From Eremomyces bilateralis CBS 781.70 (Eukaryota), in assembly GCA_010015585.1 (NCBI GenBank), contig ML975187.1: a DNA stretch of 64,000 nucleotides, one strand, 5' to 3'. Shown piece after piece: positions 14,001-27,751 of this stretch (the stretch's first letter is position 1; each line of letters opens with the position of its first letter). A program made the translations under genes and the position numbers. A model generated the notes under the pieces. It saw nothing but the letters and a program-made list of their open reading frames with translations, was not told the origin of the DNA and did not search any database.

Positions 14001-14610
14001 CCCGTATTTCGCCTCCCATACTACCCTCGTCGACCACACGCCGTGGAACGATGCTTGGACAACCACTGACAGTGTTGAACCACCGCGTTGTCCAATGGTA
14101 TACAGACGTAAGACGAGACAAAGGAGGGAACAACCGTTCATTAACTTGCCAAACCCTGCAGTGCCAGACTACAGTGCCTGTCAGGGGGTACGAGACGCCC
14201 TGCCATGTGGACTGGCCTAGTTATACAGGTCGCACTGACTTGTATCGGCAGACCACCACCAATCCGTGCCATTCGCCATCCATCAGTCACCTGCCCTTCC
14301 ACTTCGCAGCACCATCCCCCGTCGCTCAGCATGCCACCATCTCTCCTCCGCCGCCGCTGTAAAGTACTTAGTTCGAGCCGCAGCACTCCCGACATGCATC
14401 CCGTCCGCCCGCCTGCAACGACCATCGTGACCATGAAGCCCACCAGTCACGCATGTCAGAAAAATGCGGAAATGTGACCACGCTGCGCTCCGCGGAGGGG
14501 AATCCAGTTGTTTCCAGTGGCTATGGTCGGGGGTTGGCTCACCTTAGATGGAGCTGTCTGGCTGCATTTCTAGTTACGCAAAAGGAAGCTCGCAAGAAGT
14601 CTCGTGATTC

Positions 14611-14623
14611 GGGGGGGGGGGGG
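14611..14623. repeat. G13 homopolymer
   Basis: Run of 13 G in the long intergenic region. Confidence 0.9.
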
Positions 14624-17600
14624 TGTGCATGGAATAGGTTCAGAGGATCACGAGATGAAAGCACTAGATAGAGGTTACTGGTGGGGATGTTGGGTGAGGA
14701 GCCGAGGAAAGATGGGAATTCGGGCATTTGGACATGATGGAGGATCTTCTATCAAGTGCGGCATGAGTAGCTAGATACCTTAGTTTTGAATCTGCATGTC
14801 GACTGTTGAGCCTTTGCGTCCAGGATTTCTTGATTCTTTATATTGTCTACATTACCAGCGAGTCAGGGTATATCCTAGTGCCGACAAAACACAAGTCCGT
14901 TCTTACTAGCCACAGGTAAACTGAGCCGCATCTTGATGAATGACGTACATGGTACATAGCATTGGCTATGGAGCCGCCGACGCCAGACGAGCTATCCCGC
15001 TTTCCGCGCCGGTTAAACTTCCAATTTCTAAATGACCGATTGCGCATACGTTCTGGCGATCGCCACGTCCAGTCACGCGTAGCGTGGGGTGGTAACCGCA
15101 TTGGGAAGTTGGGCCGTGAAAATTGAAAGATGGGATTCCCTAGCCTGGGATGGGAAATTTTGAATTTCTGGATCTTGGTTGGCCCGCTATTAGGTAGTGC
15201 TTTGAGCCCAATATCAAAATCCAAAGGTTCCCAGTTCCCACTGCTAGTTCTGCCATTCATTGCCTAATGCGGTAATCAACCTTATCGCATCAGTTCCGTC
15301 GAGTCGAGTCGAGGCGTCTGTTCTACTTATTGGCCGAGCCTTTCTTTGCCAAGCACCCGTCTGAATGCGGGGTGGGGTCGCATAAAAAAGCAGCGAGAGA
15401 AAGAGCTCCCTTTGCAGTTGCCCCGCCTGTTCACAGGAAAAATGGCCCCTTGCCATGAAAAATTGCAGTAATTTGGGGTACATGTTAAGTATCTGAGACA
15501 CCAACCGAGATATCGCGGAGGCCGGAAAGCACTGCAATGTCTCGCACAAGTCGCAGCGACTGGGCTCAGAACCGAGCCTCAACTCCGTTTGATAAAGGCG
15601 GAGATGTCCGCCGAAGGATCGAGACCAGGGAAATTCCGCGTCCAATGGATTTTCGACTTTCGAGCCGATAAAGCTATCAGTTTTCTGCCAATTCCCATGC
15701 TGAACTCCCAAGTCCCATGGCTTTTGGTAGGCAGGGATGTCCTGCATCCCGCCCTCCAGAACGTGTTTTGTCCAGGACGCACTGGATTGGCACACCGCCA
15801 GCTGCGGGCCGTGGCTGGTTGATTGGTATTGAGTTTGTAAAGTTCATGAATCATGAGAGACGCTTCGAAAAAGCAAAGGCAAGGCAAGGAGGGTTTGGTC
15901 AGTTTCGGTTGTCGTCATGTAACGGCCATATGAGAACATCTCAAAGGTACCATCCGATCTCCTGGGGTATTTTTCGGTCCGAGATCGTATGATCCGATGA
16001 ATGATTTATAATTGGTGTCGATTAACGCCTCGAGCCTTAAAACTGATATATTTTCCAGCTATCCTTGAAACTCGATCGCTTAAACCAGCTGAAAAGTACA
16101 TGCCCGATAATAACCAAGAGTGCTTGAAGAAACAAGGTGTCTATCTCCGCGGGGCTTCATTAAGTATACCTTGGTTACCGCCCTGATACAACAGCTAGAA
16201 CCAGGGTTCGAGACCATCAGATATTAGCCTCCATTGCCGATTCTCCGAACGTGTCTCTTAAACATATCTTGAAGACAATAGCTTCACATGACATCGGCTG
16301 CAGTTGTCTCTGTTGAGAACCAAGCCATTCGGATCAGCCGGATCGGCCAGCAAAGCGTTCCAATTTCGATGCCCGTCTCTTCCTGCTCCGCTGCATCAAC
16401 GGGAAATTGCCATCCCGTCGGAAAACGAACGCTTACTGTCGTGCAACCATCCTCAGAGGCTTTGAATGGATTTCAACGCGTGGAGAAGATGCTGGAAACT
16501 GGGGTGCAGCGATCGCGAGAAGCCATTCACCGGTTCTCTTGATGATGTGCGTCGAAAGATGGAAAGCCAAGATGGACATGCAGGGCTGGATTTGCTATTG
16601 CTTGGCCCATTTTCGAGGGATGAGGATGTTGACTTGCGCTTGTGTCAAATGTCAATACTAATCTTCGGGCGCTAGCAGCTATAATAGTCCGTCTTGATCT
16701 AGTGAGAACGTTCGTGTCAATAATTCTATCGCGGCTCTGTTCGGATGCCGAGCGTCTAGAACGAGTCAACTCATCGCGATAGGAACTCGGTCTGGAACAT
16801 ATACAACACGCCCTGATCGTCGACTACGCCCTTCTACCCTCCCACCTTAGTTGCCGTTGCGGACCGTTTCGCCCACCCTGGCGCTTCACCAGAGCCGGTG
16901 AGGTGGCGATATGCGGACTAGGGTTGCCTTATCTCTGCCCGACAAAACCTGGGTAAACAGCAGGCTCATATCAGCGCCAACACTCGCTACGGATGCCAGC
17001 TGGTTAGTCGCCTTTAATCCATGGCCAAGTAAGTTTGCGAAGGTGTCCATGAGGGTCGGCATATCGAACTTCTTGTTTAGTAGGCCCCGGATGCAATGGA
17101 GAACTACGAGGCAAGGGTAACGGAAAGCTGCCTCGAGCCACAAAGTTTGGCGCCTGGGTGTGCTAATTAAATGCCGTAGCCATTAGAAATCAATATCCAG
17201 GGCTCTGGGGATAAATATGCGACATCAAATAGTGGGCTCGAACGCAACGAAACTCGGTAGAACGGAGGATCAATGTCGGACATTAAAGACGGACTCTCAA
17301 CAAATTGTAACACGGCATTTAATTGGAGAAACCACAACTGCAGGTGCAAGGCCAGCTTCTAAGCCGTTCATGCACTACGTTCTACCGTGCTTGAGTGAGT
17401 ACAATTATCACTCAATCGCTACGCCGCAAAGACCTACCCCTCGAAACTCATTTGAAGCAAAGCGCCAAACGCCGCGAGAAGGCCAAGACTCGCAGCTGGG
17501 TTCTCCTCAATGATTGCGCTATTGGTTGATAGGAATTGGATCCGTGGAGCACGAGACAATAGCCTTGTAGCATGTACGTAGTTCGCCGTGCGCCTTCCCC

Positions 17601-18482
17601 TGTATTGCAGATGCTCCCCAGACTCCAGACCCTCGTGCAGATGTGGAGCGTCGTCAAATGCCACCGTAGACCGTACGCTCGTTCGCGGAGTCTGGAGATG
17701 TGAGTGGAGACGTGGATTGGTTGAGGAGAAATCTTCTCGCATGTGTGCTGCCATCGTCAGTTGTGAGCCGCCACCGGTTGTGTTGCAGCGCACGATGGAA
17801 CGTTGTGTAATTCGCTTCTCCATTAATTGCTTCCCCGACGGTCTGGATGAGTAGTCAATGTGGAACCCTAAGGATTCGTCTCGTTGGCATATGTGCTGGG
17901 GTATAACTCTGCCCTCTTGAGTGCCTAGAATAGCCTTCAGACTTAAGACAGGAGTATCGATACAAGTGATGAGTATGAGGGAGCCTGAGGCTACTTCGAG
18001 GTACAGGGACGAGCTCTGATACTTCAGTACATCTTCACGTTCATGATGCTGGATGCGGAGAAGCGGACATTTGCTTAATTGGCTTCATAATCAATCTCGT
18101 CTTGTGTTCCGCAAGTCGGCACATGACGAAGAGCTCATTTTCATAGCGAATATATAAATTTTATAAAGGTGATGAAGTCAAAAGAGACTTGACCAGTAGT
18201 TGTACCTCCACGTGACCATCCATAGTACCTCTAATCGAAGCTATCCGCTATCGTGATTGGCTGACTAACGCCATTGCTACCTTTCGGGAAATTTGTGTTG
18301 AAGTTGAGGATGAGACACCAAGATCGATCTACAATTGTCCACGCCATATCAAACAGCTCGCGACAGCTCAACGGTATATCGTCTTCCCCAAGCATCTGTT
18401 GATCATCTCAACTGACAGAGTTTCCAGAAACCTCACGACAATCCTTCCAGTTCGCACCAGCCTCCCATCTACAACCATCGTT

Positions 18483-19032
18483 ATGGCACCCTCGAGAGCA
18501 CTCCTACGCATCCCAACATACCTTTCCCCGCATTTACATTGTATCCGCATGACTTCATCGATACGAAGGCCGACATATTCGCAACCCCTCCTCACTGTCC
18601 CAACGACGCATATTAGGATCCCTCAACAACAGGGGCGGAGGCAGCTGTCAACGGAAGCAAGTGCGGGGTCCGGACCAGCGCCTCCAGATTACCTCTCTGA
18701 AGCGGAGTTGAAGATATTCAATAAGCTCAAGGACACATTATCTCCGGAGAATCTAGTGGTATGTCAGGGGCTGCCATTCCTGCCAAAAACTTCCTTAAAC
18801 TATAAGTGTGGAATGCTCCCGGAAGGGTTCATGTTCATGAGAAGGTCTATGACTAACGTGTGTTAAGGTTCAAGATATAAGTGGTGGCTGTGGCTCAATG
18901 TATGCACTGGACATAGCTTCGCCCAAGTTCAAAGGCTTGACAATGATCAAACAACATCGACTGGTGAACGAGATCTTGGGGGAAGAAATTAAGCAGTGGC
19001 ATGGCGTGCAATTGCGGACGAGAGCACCCTGA
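18483..19032 (+). CDS. Mitochondrial BolA-family protein (Bol3/Aim1-like)
   Basis: Exon 1 18483-18758 has an Arg/Ser-rich presequence; intron 18759-18867; exon 2 reads VQDISGGCGSMYALDIASPKFKGLTMIKQHRLVNEILGEEIKQWHGVQLRT. Confidence 0.92.
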
Positions 19033-20601
19033 GGGAGGGAATGAACATCCCCAGATGCTGTGCTTGATGTCGGGCGCCTTTGAAATTCCACTCTGGCTAA
19101 CGGGATACGTAGACGGACGTTGTACGATAGAGACTGTGTGGAAGATGTTCTCCAAGATACCCTTGCGACTGCATATAGCATCTATGACACTAAAATACGA
19201 AGTACGCCTCCAGCGTATAATCCATGAAAGCCACTTTACAAAACAAAAGTCTATCTTGTGTCGATGCCTCAGTATACACCCGATAGAGAAGGGCTTATAT
19301 ACGCAAATCAAGAGGCGAGGACGATCCCATCCAGGATACTGTGGCGAAAAAGAACTCGATGGCTAACCATAAACTCTCACCAGTCAGATACGTTGAATCG
19401 TGTTTTGTCAAGAGTTATCAGACTGGCGGTGCCATGCCCACAAACCCGCAATGGACACACAATACTGTTGTCCCGATGCTGAACTTTGAACTCTTGAACG
19501 CATTCTTCATGGCCATGAGGTATGAATAAGGGCAATTACACATAGAAATCCTATGGCCCCTTGAAATTTGTAAGCCATTGAAAGCAGGGGACATGTAGTC
19601 TTGGAGGCTTTTGCTGAGATTGTTACAGATTCACTATAAGCAAGCCTGCTGAGTGAAGAACTGGTGGCGTACTTCGAGCACTGGCGAAGTGCTATACTCG
19701 CTGATTCCAGTCCGACTAATCCAAATCACCTATTATTCTGTACTTCTTCAGAATCGTGGGAGTATACTTTATGATATCAGCACACAGTCGTGTATTGTCA
19801 AAGAGCAATGTCCTTCGGGCTAATTCTGGGCTCTGGAAGGTTGAAGATGTGGCTATGGAGACATCCCGTTGGTGGACTGAAGTCTTTTTGGAACATTTAG
19901 AGAAGCCTGAGGCCCTACTGCAACTTCAACGAAGTAGAAAGGCGGAGCATTACGAGCGAGAATAGTTGGTTTACTGGGGCCTTGGAAACAGGGGGCGAGA
20001 TGATGAATCATGTCACCCAGCTGGGTTTGTCGAGAAATAGCAGTCTAGAGCGTTTAAAATCCTCAGATGCTAATCCTAACCGCCACCGGGTTCAGTAAGC
20101 TGACGAGAATCAAACATCTAGAACCGTAGAGCCATAGGTCAATCACGATGCAACCGGAACCTAAAGACCGACCAGGCCTGGATGACCTTTGGGGACATCG
20201 GCAACGATGATTGATTCAATACATGATCAAGCGGCCACAGATAGCGGCACTGACGTGTTGACAAATATCGATTTTATGAGCCCCGAATGTTCCCCCGATA
20301 CTGAAATCACATTATCTAACTGTTAACTTTTGTGTAAGGCCCTATAGCCATTGCCTTTGCCATACCGCCATGAATCGTGACGTTGGGCCGTATCCTATAC
20401 CCTCTAACTAGAGGCTGCTGCCTGATATTTCACAAATGTGTGAATATGAACTTTCCGTCGATACTATACATGATGTACGTCTCTGATATACGCCGCTGCC
20501 GTGGTGTGTGAAGGGGAAATGAAATCCCCATGATTCTTTTGTGTGGTGTTAGTGATTTGTATCACCCTCGTGGCCCATGATCGCTGGCTGAAAGAAGATT
20601 T

Positions 20602-23600
20602 CTAGGCATGTCCCCACGTAGAAGGGCTGGTGGGATATTCTTCCTCTGAGACCCACACGGTCACCCGGATATTCTGGTCATTGAACACGGTGCCGGATCG
20701 TTTGAACAGGGACGATCCATCGCTTAGTTCTTGAATATGGTCGGCGAGGTCCTGGTGGACCTGGCGGTGCCGCAACACCTCGTCGATCTTCATAGAATTC
20801 GCGTTCGTGGTGAGGTTGAGGAAGACCATTCCAGCCTCTTCGTTTGCACCAGCCATGCTTTGGTAGAAACGATGAGTTGCCGGCCCGATCGTTTGAAAGA
20901 CGTGTTCATAGTCTTCGGTGGTCTCGGCGCAGACGGTCTTCTTCCACACCATGAAGAGCCGCATGGAGGTGGGGAAGGAGGGGGGTTGGAGGAGGACGAG
21001 GTTGCTCTTGACTTTGATTCTGTGACAGGGCTTGTCGGTTCGGATAATTTTAACTTCGACGGCAGGATTCTGGTTGGCGCACCGATAAAAGTACTCAGAG
21101 CAATCGCTGGAATGGGGGATCAGCCGGCCGACTTTGAGTTCTTCACGGGCAGCCTCGAGGGCATTCAGGAGAGAATTATATTCTTCTTCAATCTGGACCC
21201 ACTCACTATATTTGTTGCCAGTCCATTTCCGACTGTGAACGAAATATGAGAAAGCTTCGCCGGTTGAAGAAATAGGCGAACTGGGGGGGCAATCAGTATC
21301 GCTCTCTTCATCACTGTCGCACTCCGCGATTTTCTCTTCCAGAAACCGAACCCATGCAGGATTGCTGAGGGACTTGCAGCCAGTGGTGGGTCGAAGATCT
21401 ACCTCCTCATCAGCACGCTGTTTGCCTTTGACATTCTGAAGCGCACTAGGAACGGACTTTCTGCCGTAGGAGGGAGCACGGGAGCCAGGGACACGTTTGC
21501 CCGCGAATCCAGGGATATGCTTGACTGCTAATCCTCGTGCCGGGTGGGAGAAGTTGCCCTCAGAGTCGGACCCGGACGCGGTCTCGCCGTCGCCATCGGC
21601 GGAATCATCTTCAAAGTCATCTTCGGAGTCAGAGGACGAGGCGCTTGCACCGTCGCTTGGGCTTGATTCTGGGGATTCTTCACTCTCGGATTGCTCGGAT
21701 TGGGCGTTGACATGTTCAGAACCATTATGCCTGTCATAGGGGCGAAAATTGTCCATTTGTTGGTCCAGCTCCTCTGTATGAGGTGCGACCTCCTCCGCAT
21801 CTGACTGCTCTTCATCCGAGGACTCATCCTCAACATTGTCAACCACGCGTAAGTCTCCCCCCGCATTGACATCAGAGCCCGTGCCGCTTGATTTTCCATT
21901 GACAAGCGCTCCGGAACCAATGTCCCTTGCCATGGGAGCAACAGGCGCGCCCGAATTCGGAGCCTTTCCCCCGGGAACAATGGGCATCTGATGGAGCGGT
22001 GTGGTCCCGTTCTCAATGTAGACCCAGACACCACTGTACTGGGCATTGAAGACCCGATCCCCTATCGCCCCGTTCAACAGCTTCTTGGTCCGCACATGGC
22101 GCTGCTGAATCCCACCGGCCGTCAAGTTGTGCCCAAACGCCTTGTACTTCTCCGTGCAGACGCGCCACTTGAGCTTCTCGTCGTCACGCCACTTAACCAA
22201 CTCGAGGTCGGCAAGCAAGATGGTGTAGACGCGAGGCTTGTTTTTTTGGGCTCGGACCGCGCCGCCAGGTACTCGTGGGCCCTTGTTCTTTGAGCCCTTC
22301 GGACGGCCACGCTTGCGCTTTTTGGGAGGGGGTCCAGTCGTGTCGGGGGTTGTGTTGGGCGGCAACTTCTTATGACCGGGCGCGCTAACTTTCTTGCCTG
22401 AGATTGCTCTGGACGACGCGGGACCTGGGTCTCCATTAGCCGCCAGGTGAGCATCAGCAGCATCAGCGATGTCGCTTGGAGGAGAGGACGGCGCGGTGGA
22501 TTGGGATGTTTGGCCCGCGGTAGACTGGCCGGGAGAACCATTGGCCGAGCCTGCAGTCTCGGTGCTAGCGTCTGAGGCGTCGGAATGAACGGACGAATAG
22601 GCATGACTGTCTTGGATTGGAGAATGCGGCTGACGGTAGAACTGGGTGTCCCGTGGATCCACGAATTGACTTGGTCCTGTTGTTCTGTCAGTGAGAGTCC
22701 TATCAAATCTTGTGCTTGAATGTTGGTGGTATGTTGTTCTTGTCATTCTGTAACAATGTCTGGTCCGATCGGCTAACACGTAGGAGGCAACAGGGTTATA
22801 GAAAGTCTGAATACATATTGCAACCGGGTTTCAAAGTGGTAGTAGATTTCCTAGAAAACTTACCAGAATCCACAGCGCCACCACCAAGCTGGGGGTCGAT
22901 ATTCATCGCCCAGTCCATGGTGATGGCAGGTGCAGCATATGCACTGGCACCTTTCGTCGTATCAGGGGCACCAATATGATCGAAAATTCTCAGAGCGCTG
23001 CCGTCGTGCTCAGGGAGGACCCCCAAATCACCGAAGCCCATGGGGTCATAGTACTGAACACCACTGTTCGCGTCGAGCATATTAGGGAATGAGTAGCCCA
23101 TGAACGGGTTGAATGCAACGACACTAACGCCCGAAGAACTGTACAGTTGGTAATCTGAATTACAATAGAGAGAATAGGGGTCAATTACCTCGTAGCCACT
23201 GCAGTATTAGCCACTTGGGTACTGACGTTGCCTGGTAGGGCATGCTGGTGATTTTTTGCAATAAGGAAGTTCCTCAATGCTTCGGCATGCCCAGCAAGCT
23301 GAGGTGCGCTCATCCCGACCCCATTCGACGATTGTTCCAGATTGACAAGATCGCCGTCATGGTCATGAGGGTCAAGGCGAACCTTCTTCGTAGGGGAGGA
23401 AGACTCATGCACGTCGGCTTTTCGCTTCCCAGCCTGGTTGGCGCTCAGGGTATGCTCAGAAACGGAGAGCTCTGGGGCGATAGGACGAGATCCAATGGGA
23501 TCAGCGGGAACGGTGCTGCTGGAACCAGTGCTTTGGATCGGTCAGCGAGATTGCCGACGATGATATAAAGTAACTTACCTTTCCAAACGAGGAGTCACGA

Positions 23601-23631
23601 CCATCTCCAGTGATCCTATAGACGACATCAT
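20602..23631 (-). CDS. Large putative chromatin/DNA-binding protein with AT-hook, short helical (Myb-like?) segment and acidic tracts; multi-exon
   Basis: 725-aa terminal ORF with KKRKRGRPKGSKNK; upstream exons MMSSIGSLEMVVTPRLES|TGSSS...GKRKAD...PTKKVRL joined through a GTAAGT...AAG intron. The middle exon junctions were not fully resolved. Confidence 0.65.
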
Positions 23632-25026
23632 CGTGGCTACGAATAATGAATAGGAATGAGAAGAGAGAAAGACTGTGACGGATATGGATAGACTTGGACT
23701 GACAATGTGGGAAAGCGGCCCGGGGAGTATCTGGTAACTTGGCGTGAAGGGATAGTCTTGTGTGGGATTATAGTCCTGTGTGGGATACCTTGACAGTGAT
23801 CGCCTTGGATGTCGGCTGTTAGAAAACGATGGACGAGTTATCCAAGCAATACTTGGTCCCAGAGTGCTTGAAGAGATTGGTAGGATATAATCCGGAGGAA
23901 CTGCTGCTCGTGGTCGTGCGGGAGGCCCGGTGGTGGGAACAGTGGTCCCCCTCGTGGACTCTAGAAGACTGAGACTGTGAGGATGATGTTCTGATTTTGA
24001 GTGCCTTGAACGATCGCATGATAGGAATACCGAAGACGTGTCTGTGTGAATAGCGACAGTTCTGCGGAAGAAAGAATTGATGCACAGGAAATGGACGGAG
24101 AGGAAAGAGAAGCACTGTGAGAAGAATGTCTCATACCTCTCTTCGCCGAGAACGAAACGATCGTGTTGAATAGGCAGATCGATATAAGTGAATGGAGTAC
24201 CAAGTCAATGGCAATGAGAGAAGAGGGCTGAATGGTGAGGATCGGTGCCTTGGAGCAACAGACTACTACAATGGAGCTGCGATACAATTCTCAATCCGTG
24301 GTATTGAAGACCTTTACTATTATCATATCAGTGAACGGGAGACAATGGCTTCCCTATTGCATGTTCCTCGAGAATTAATGCCATTGAATGACTCAAGGCT
24401 GCGATTGACACCTTATCGATTGCGGAAGGCAGGGCGATGAAAGGAGGAAGCGAATCTGACAAGAAGAGGAGAGAGACCCGGCTTTATGGGTGAATGAAGC
24501 AGTATTAAATGTCAATTGGAGCCAGGGCCAATCGTTCGTGCCATTCACCAAATCGAGGACGTGTGAATGACTATAGTTCGCTCACCGCCGAGACATCTCC
24601 ACTTATTTGACAAACTGAACTTGACGTCGAGCATGTGGCACGATATATCTACTTTGTCGAGTCGTCTAACCGCATTGGGGCGCAATATGGCTGACTCTCT
24701 GAACGACTCTCTGTTCACATGGTTCCAGCGGCAGAGGTGGATCGTGGAGGAACTCAGGTATATGATACGCATTCCAAGCTCTTCTATGGCATGAACATGC
24801 TCGAGACCGCTGGCCTACACACCGCTTGGCCTGTGTAACGACATCATCACCACATGGAGAGTGGAGCTAGGAAAAGGAGACATGTGAGTTTCGCCCCTCA
24901 CATGATGACTCGACCACATGCACGTTTTGAACATATATAGGAAACCGAAGCGGTGAGAATGACAAATGCCATCATGTCGTGGGAAGCTCCGCTGTAACAC
25001 TTCAGAGGGAGCCGAAGGTGGTGGAC

Positions 25027-25942
25027 TTATGCGGGCCGAGGGGTGACGTCGAGGCCATATCTCCTGTAGTCGAACTCCTCCAAGCTGTTGAGAATCTCGA
25101 TTTGACCATCTGCCAATGCACGAGGGATTGTCAAGGTTCCATCCTCAGCGTTGCTGGTTGAGGGTATCTGACTTGCCCATCGTTCGAGCGTCCCTAGATT
25201 GACGTCGTTCAACACCTCTTCCTCATGGCCCCGATATATCTCCCTTAGTTTGGCGTGTGGAACCCAAACGATGCGCATTCCGGCCGCATAGCCAGCTTGC
25301 ACGCCGGCGATGGAATCTTCAAAGACGACACACTCATCCGGCGTAATCTTTGGGCCGGGGACCGATTCGTTGATCAGATTGAGAGCGAGGAGGTAGACGT
25401 CAGGGGCGGGCTTTCCGCGGGCGGCTTGAATCCGCGGATCACGGCCGAGGACGCGGAGATGGGGAGGGAAATGTTCAAACAGAGGGCTGAGATGAGTGGT
25501 CTTGACTTTGAATCCCTCAGGCTGCGAGGAACTGACAAGAGCAAGGAAAGGAGGAGACGCCACACGGTTCTTGAGCGTGTGGAGGAGGGGTTCTACGCCG
25601 GGCAACGGTTCCGTTTTCGGGAAATGTTCCTGGTGGAGTTCCAGCTGTCGCGATTTATACTGTTCGATGGAGAGCGGGATGCCGGAGAAATCGAGCACGG
25701 CTTGGTTATTCTGTTGGTGTTAGCGGGATGTTATATCGTCATGTCGCTGACCAGTTCAGACGTGCTTGGTCTCCAGGTCGGCTTTGCATCTTCGCGACCA
25801 GCGTCCAGGGAATTTCCCCGTCGTATCCGTTCTCCACGAGGACCTTGTTTCGGACGGCAGCATATATATCCTCAGAATTGATCAAGAGTCCATCCATGTC
25901 AAAGAAGGCAGCTCTCACGGGAGGAAAGTGAGGTTGATCCAT
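25027..25942 (-). CDS. HAD-superfamily hydrolase (GS1/HDHD1-like phosphatase)
   Basis: FFDMDGLLINSED (motif I), LVSSS, GKPAPDVY, CVVFEDSIAGVQAG; needs a GC-AG intron at 25765-25711. Confidence 0.9.
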
Positions 25943-26441
25943 GGTCAAGTGCTCACGGAAGATATTTACTCAGGAATGTCAGTGTCTATAGTGTCGGGTA
26001 GATCAAGGTGAGATATGAGACGAATGAACTGAATGTCTTCGAAATCTCACACTCTAGTGACAAGAAAGTTAGACATTGTTTTCCATCTCGTCCAGAATAC
26101 GATGTCGAGTTTATTGAAACTGAGGATTGGTGTCAAAGAACATTTGATGAAGTCAGGCTGCTGCCTTGGCGCCTTGTATAGATGCCTGAATCCTGACCGC
26201 AGCATCAGCTTTCAGCAACTTGCACTTCGCATTCAGGATTCCGGTATCCGTATTGAGCGCACCTGCATCACGGAATCTTTTCTCAAGGAAACCAACACTA
26301 CTAGTAACTACTTATACATTGAACTCAACCTCCGCGCTCGATCTCCCATCATTCGTTCCCACATTGCGCTCCGAGACTTGAGATATAACCCAGCGGGCTC
26401 CGCATCCCTCAGAACGCGTGCCGATTGAATACGCGGTCACG

Positions 26442-27349
26442 ATGCCGTCTTCAGGTCTGTGGCCTTTCAGATCATGATATTCTCATGTCAAGGCTATAAG
26501 AAGCTAATATTCAATCCCAGCCACCGTCCAACAAATCAAAGGCGTCACCGCCAACTCCCCTCTTCCGCCCTCCGTTGAGTATGCATACTACCAGAAGTGC
26601 ATCGCCCTGAAACGCCGAATCAACGAAATCGAAGATAGCAACGACACCGTTCGGTTGAGAAAAGCCCGCGTCTCCCGTGCGATCCTGAAAATGCGCCTAG
26701 AACGCGCCCTCCTACTCGAGCAGCTCCAGAAACGCATGGAGCACAACCCCGATGACTCGGACCGCACCGACAGTCCACCCCCGACGGTGAGTGCCATGGA
26801 ACTGCGCTGAATCCCGCTTTTCTCTACCACCCCATCATCAAAGCCGGGCGCTGACGACGTGTGCCTGGCAGCCGCAAGAGAAACCTCTCCGCTCCAAGCG
26901 GGCACACCGAAAGTCTTCGCCCCACGCGAGCCCCGCTCCGCCCGGGCCCGCATCTCCCTCCGCCTCTGCCTCTGCCCTCCCGGCCTCCCAGAACGCCTTC
27001 CCCCTCTCCCAATCCTCCCACCCTGCGCCCCTCTCCTCTACCAATTCCACCCCCGACCCCGCGCGCGCGCCCGCCTCGTTCTTCGGCGGCGGCGGCGGCA
27101 TCCCCCTCCCTGTGATCGCGCGCTCCATGAACGGCGCGCCGGCGGCACAAGTACTACGCCATCCCCCAGCATATTTACCAGAATATATCACTAACCGGTT
27201 GCGTGCTGCAGAATGGTATCGATGGCGCTGATGCCGATGAGTCTGGACGGAGGGTGGAGAATGGGGAGATGAATGGAGCGAGGGGGGACGTGGAGATGGA
27301 CGATGCGCAATCGGGGTTCGGAGCGGGGTTTACGGCGGTGAATCGATAG
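26442..27349 (+). CDS. INO80 complex subunit F-domain / Nhp10 N-terminal-like protein (4 exons)
   Basis: Introns 26455-26520, 26787-26871 and about 27151-27211 give LPPSVEYAYYQKCIALKRRINEIEDSND...ILKMRLERALLLEQL...SPPPT|PQEKPLRSKR...GFTAVNR*. The conserved exon is absent from the ORF track; family recalled, not searched. Confidence 0.65.
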
Positions 27350-27751
27350 CGGAGGGTACACAATAGCATTTGAACATGGCGTTATGGGGGGTTTGATATC
27401 AGGAGGGTTGTCTAAGAGGGTATGGGAAACTGGGAATGCTTTGCGGGTGGTTCTACATTAGGCACCAGTATGAATACCTCTTTTTTTGGCTGAGTGCCTG
27501 TATAGGCCATTCGAATTTCAATACGACGGGGGATAGCGTTGAAGGCAGCCATGAATGGAAACAATGATCAGGACATGGTATTAATACTTGAAGAATCCAA
27601 CTTAGTAATCATTACTGCCTCGTGCTCTTCCTTAGCTCGTCATGACTCCTCAAGAGGTCTGGTTGTGAGAGCAGTATTATTATACGAATATTCCCGAACT
27701 TAGCAGCTGTGTAATCGTCTTTCTATGATTGGTTTTATTTTCTGTCCACTA

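Noticed and set aside
15244..15795. 183-aa minus-strand ORF
   Set aside because: No family motif or supporting exon structure; left unresolved.
16201..16215. GGTTCGAG as a tRNA T-loop
   Set aside because: No cloverleaf stems or A-box upstream.
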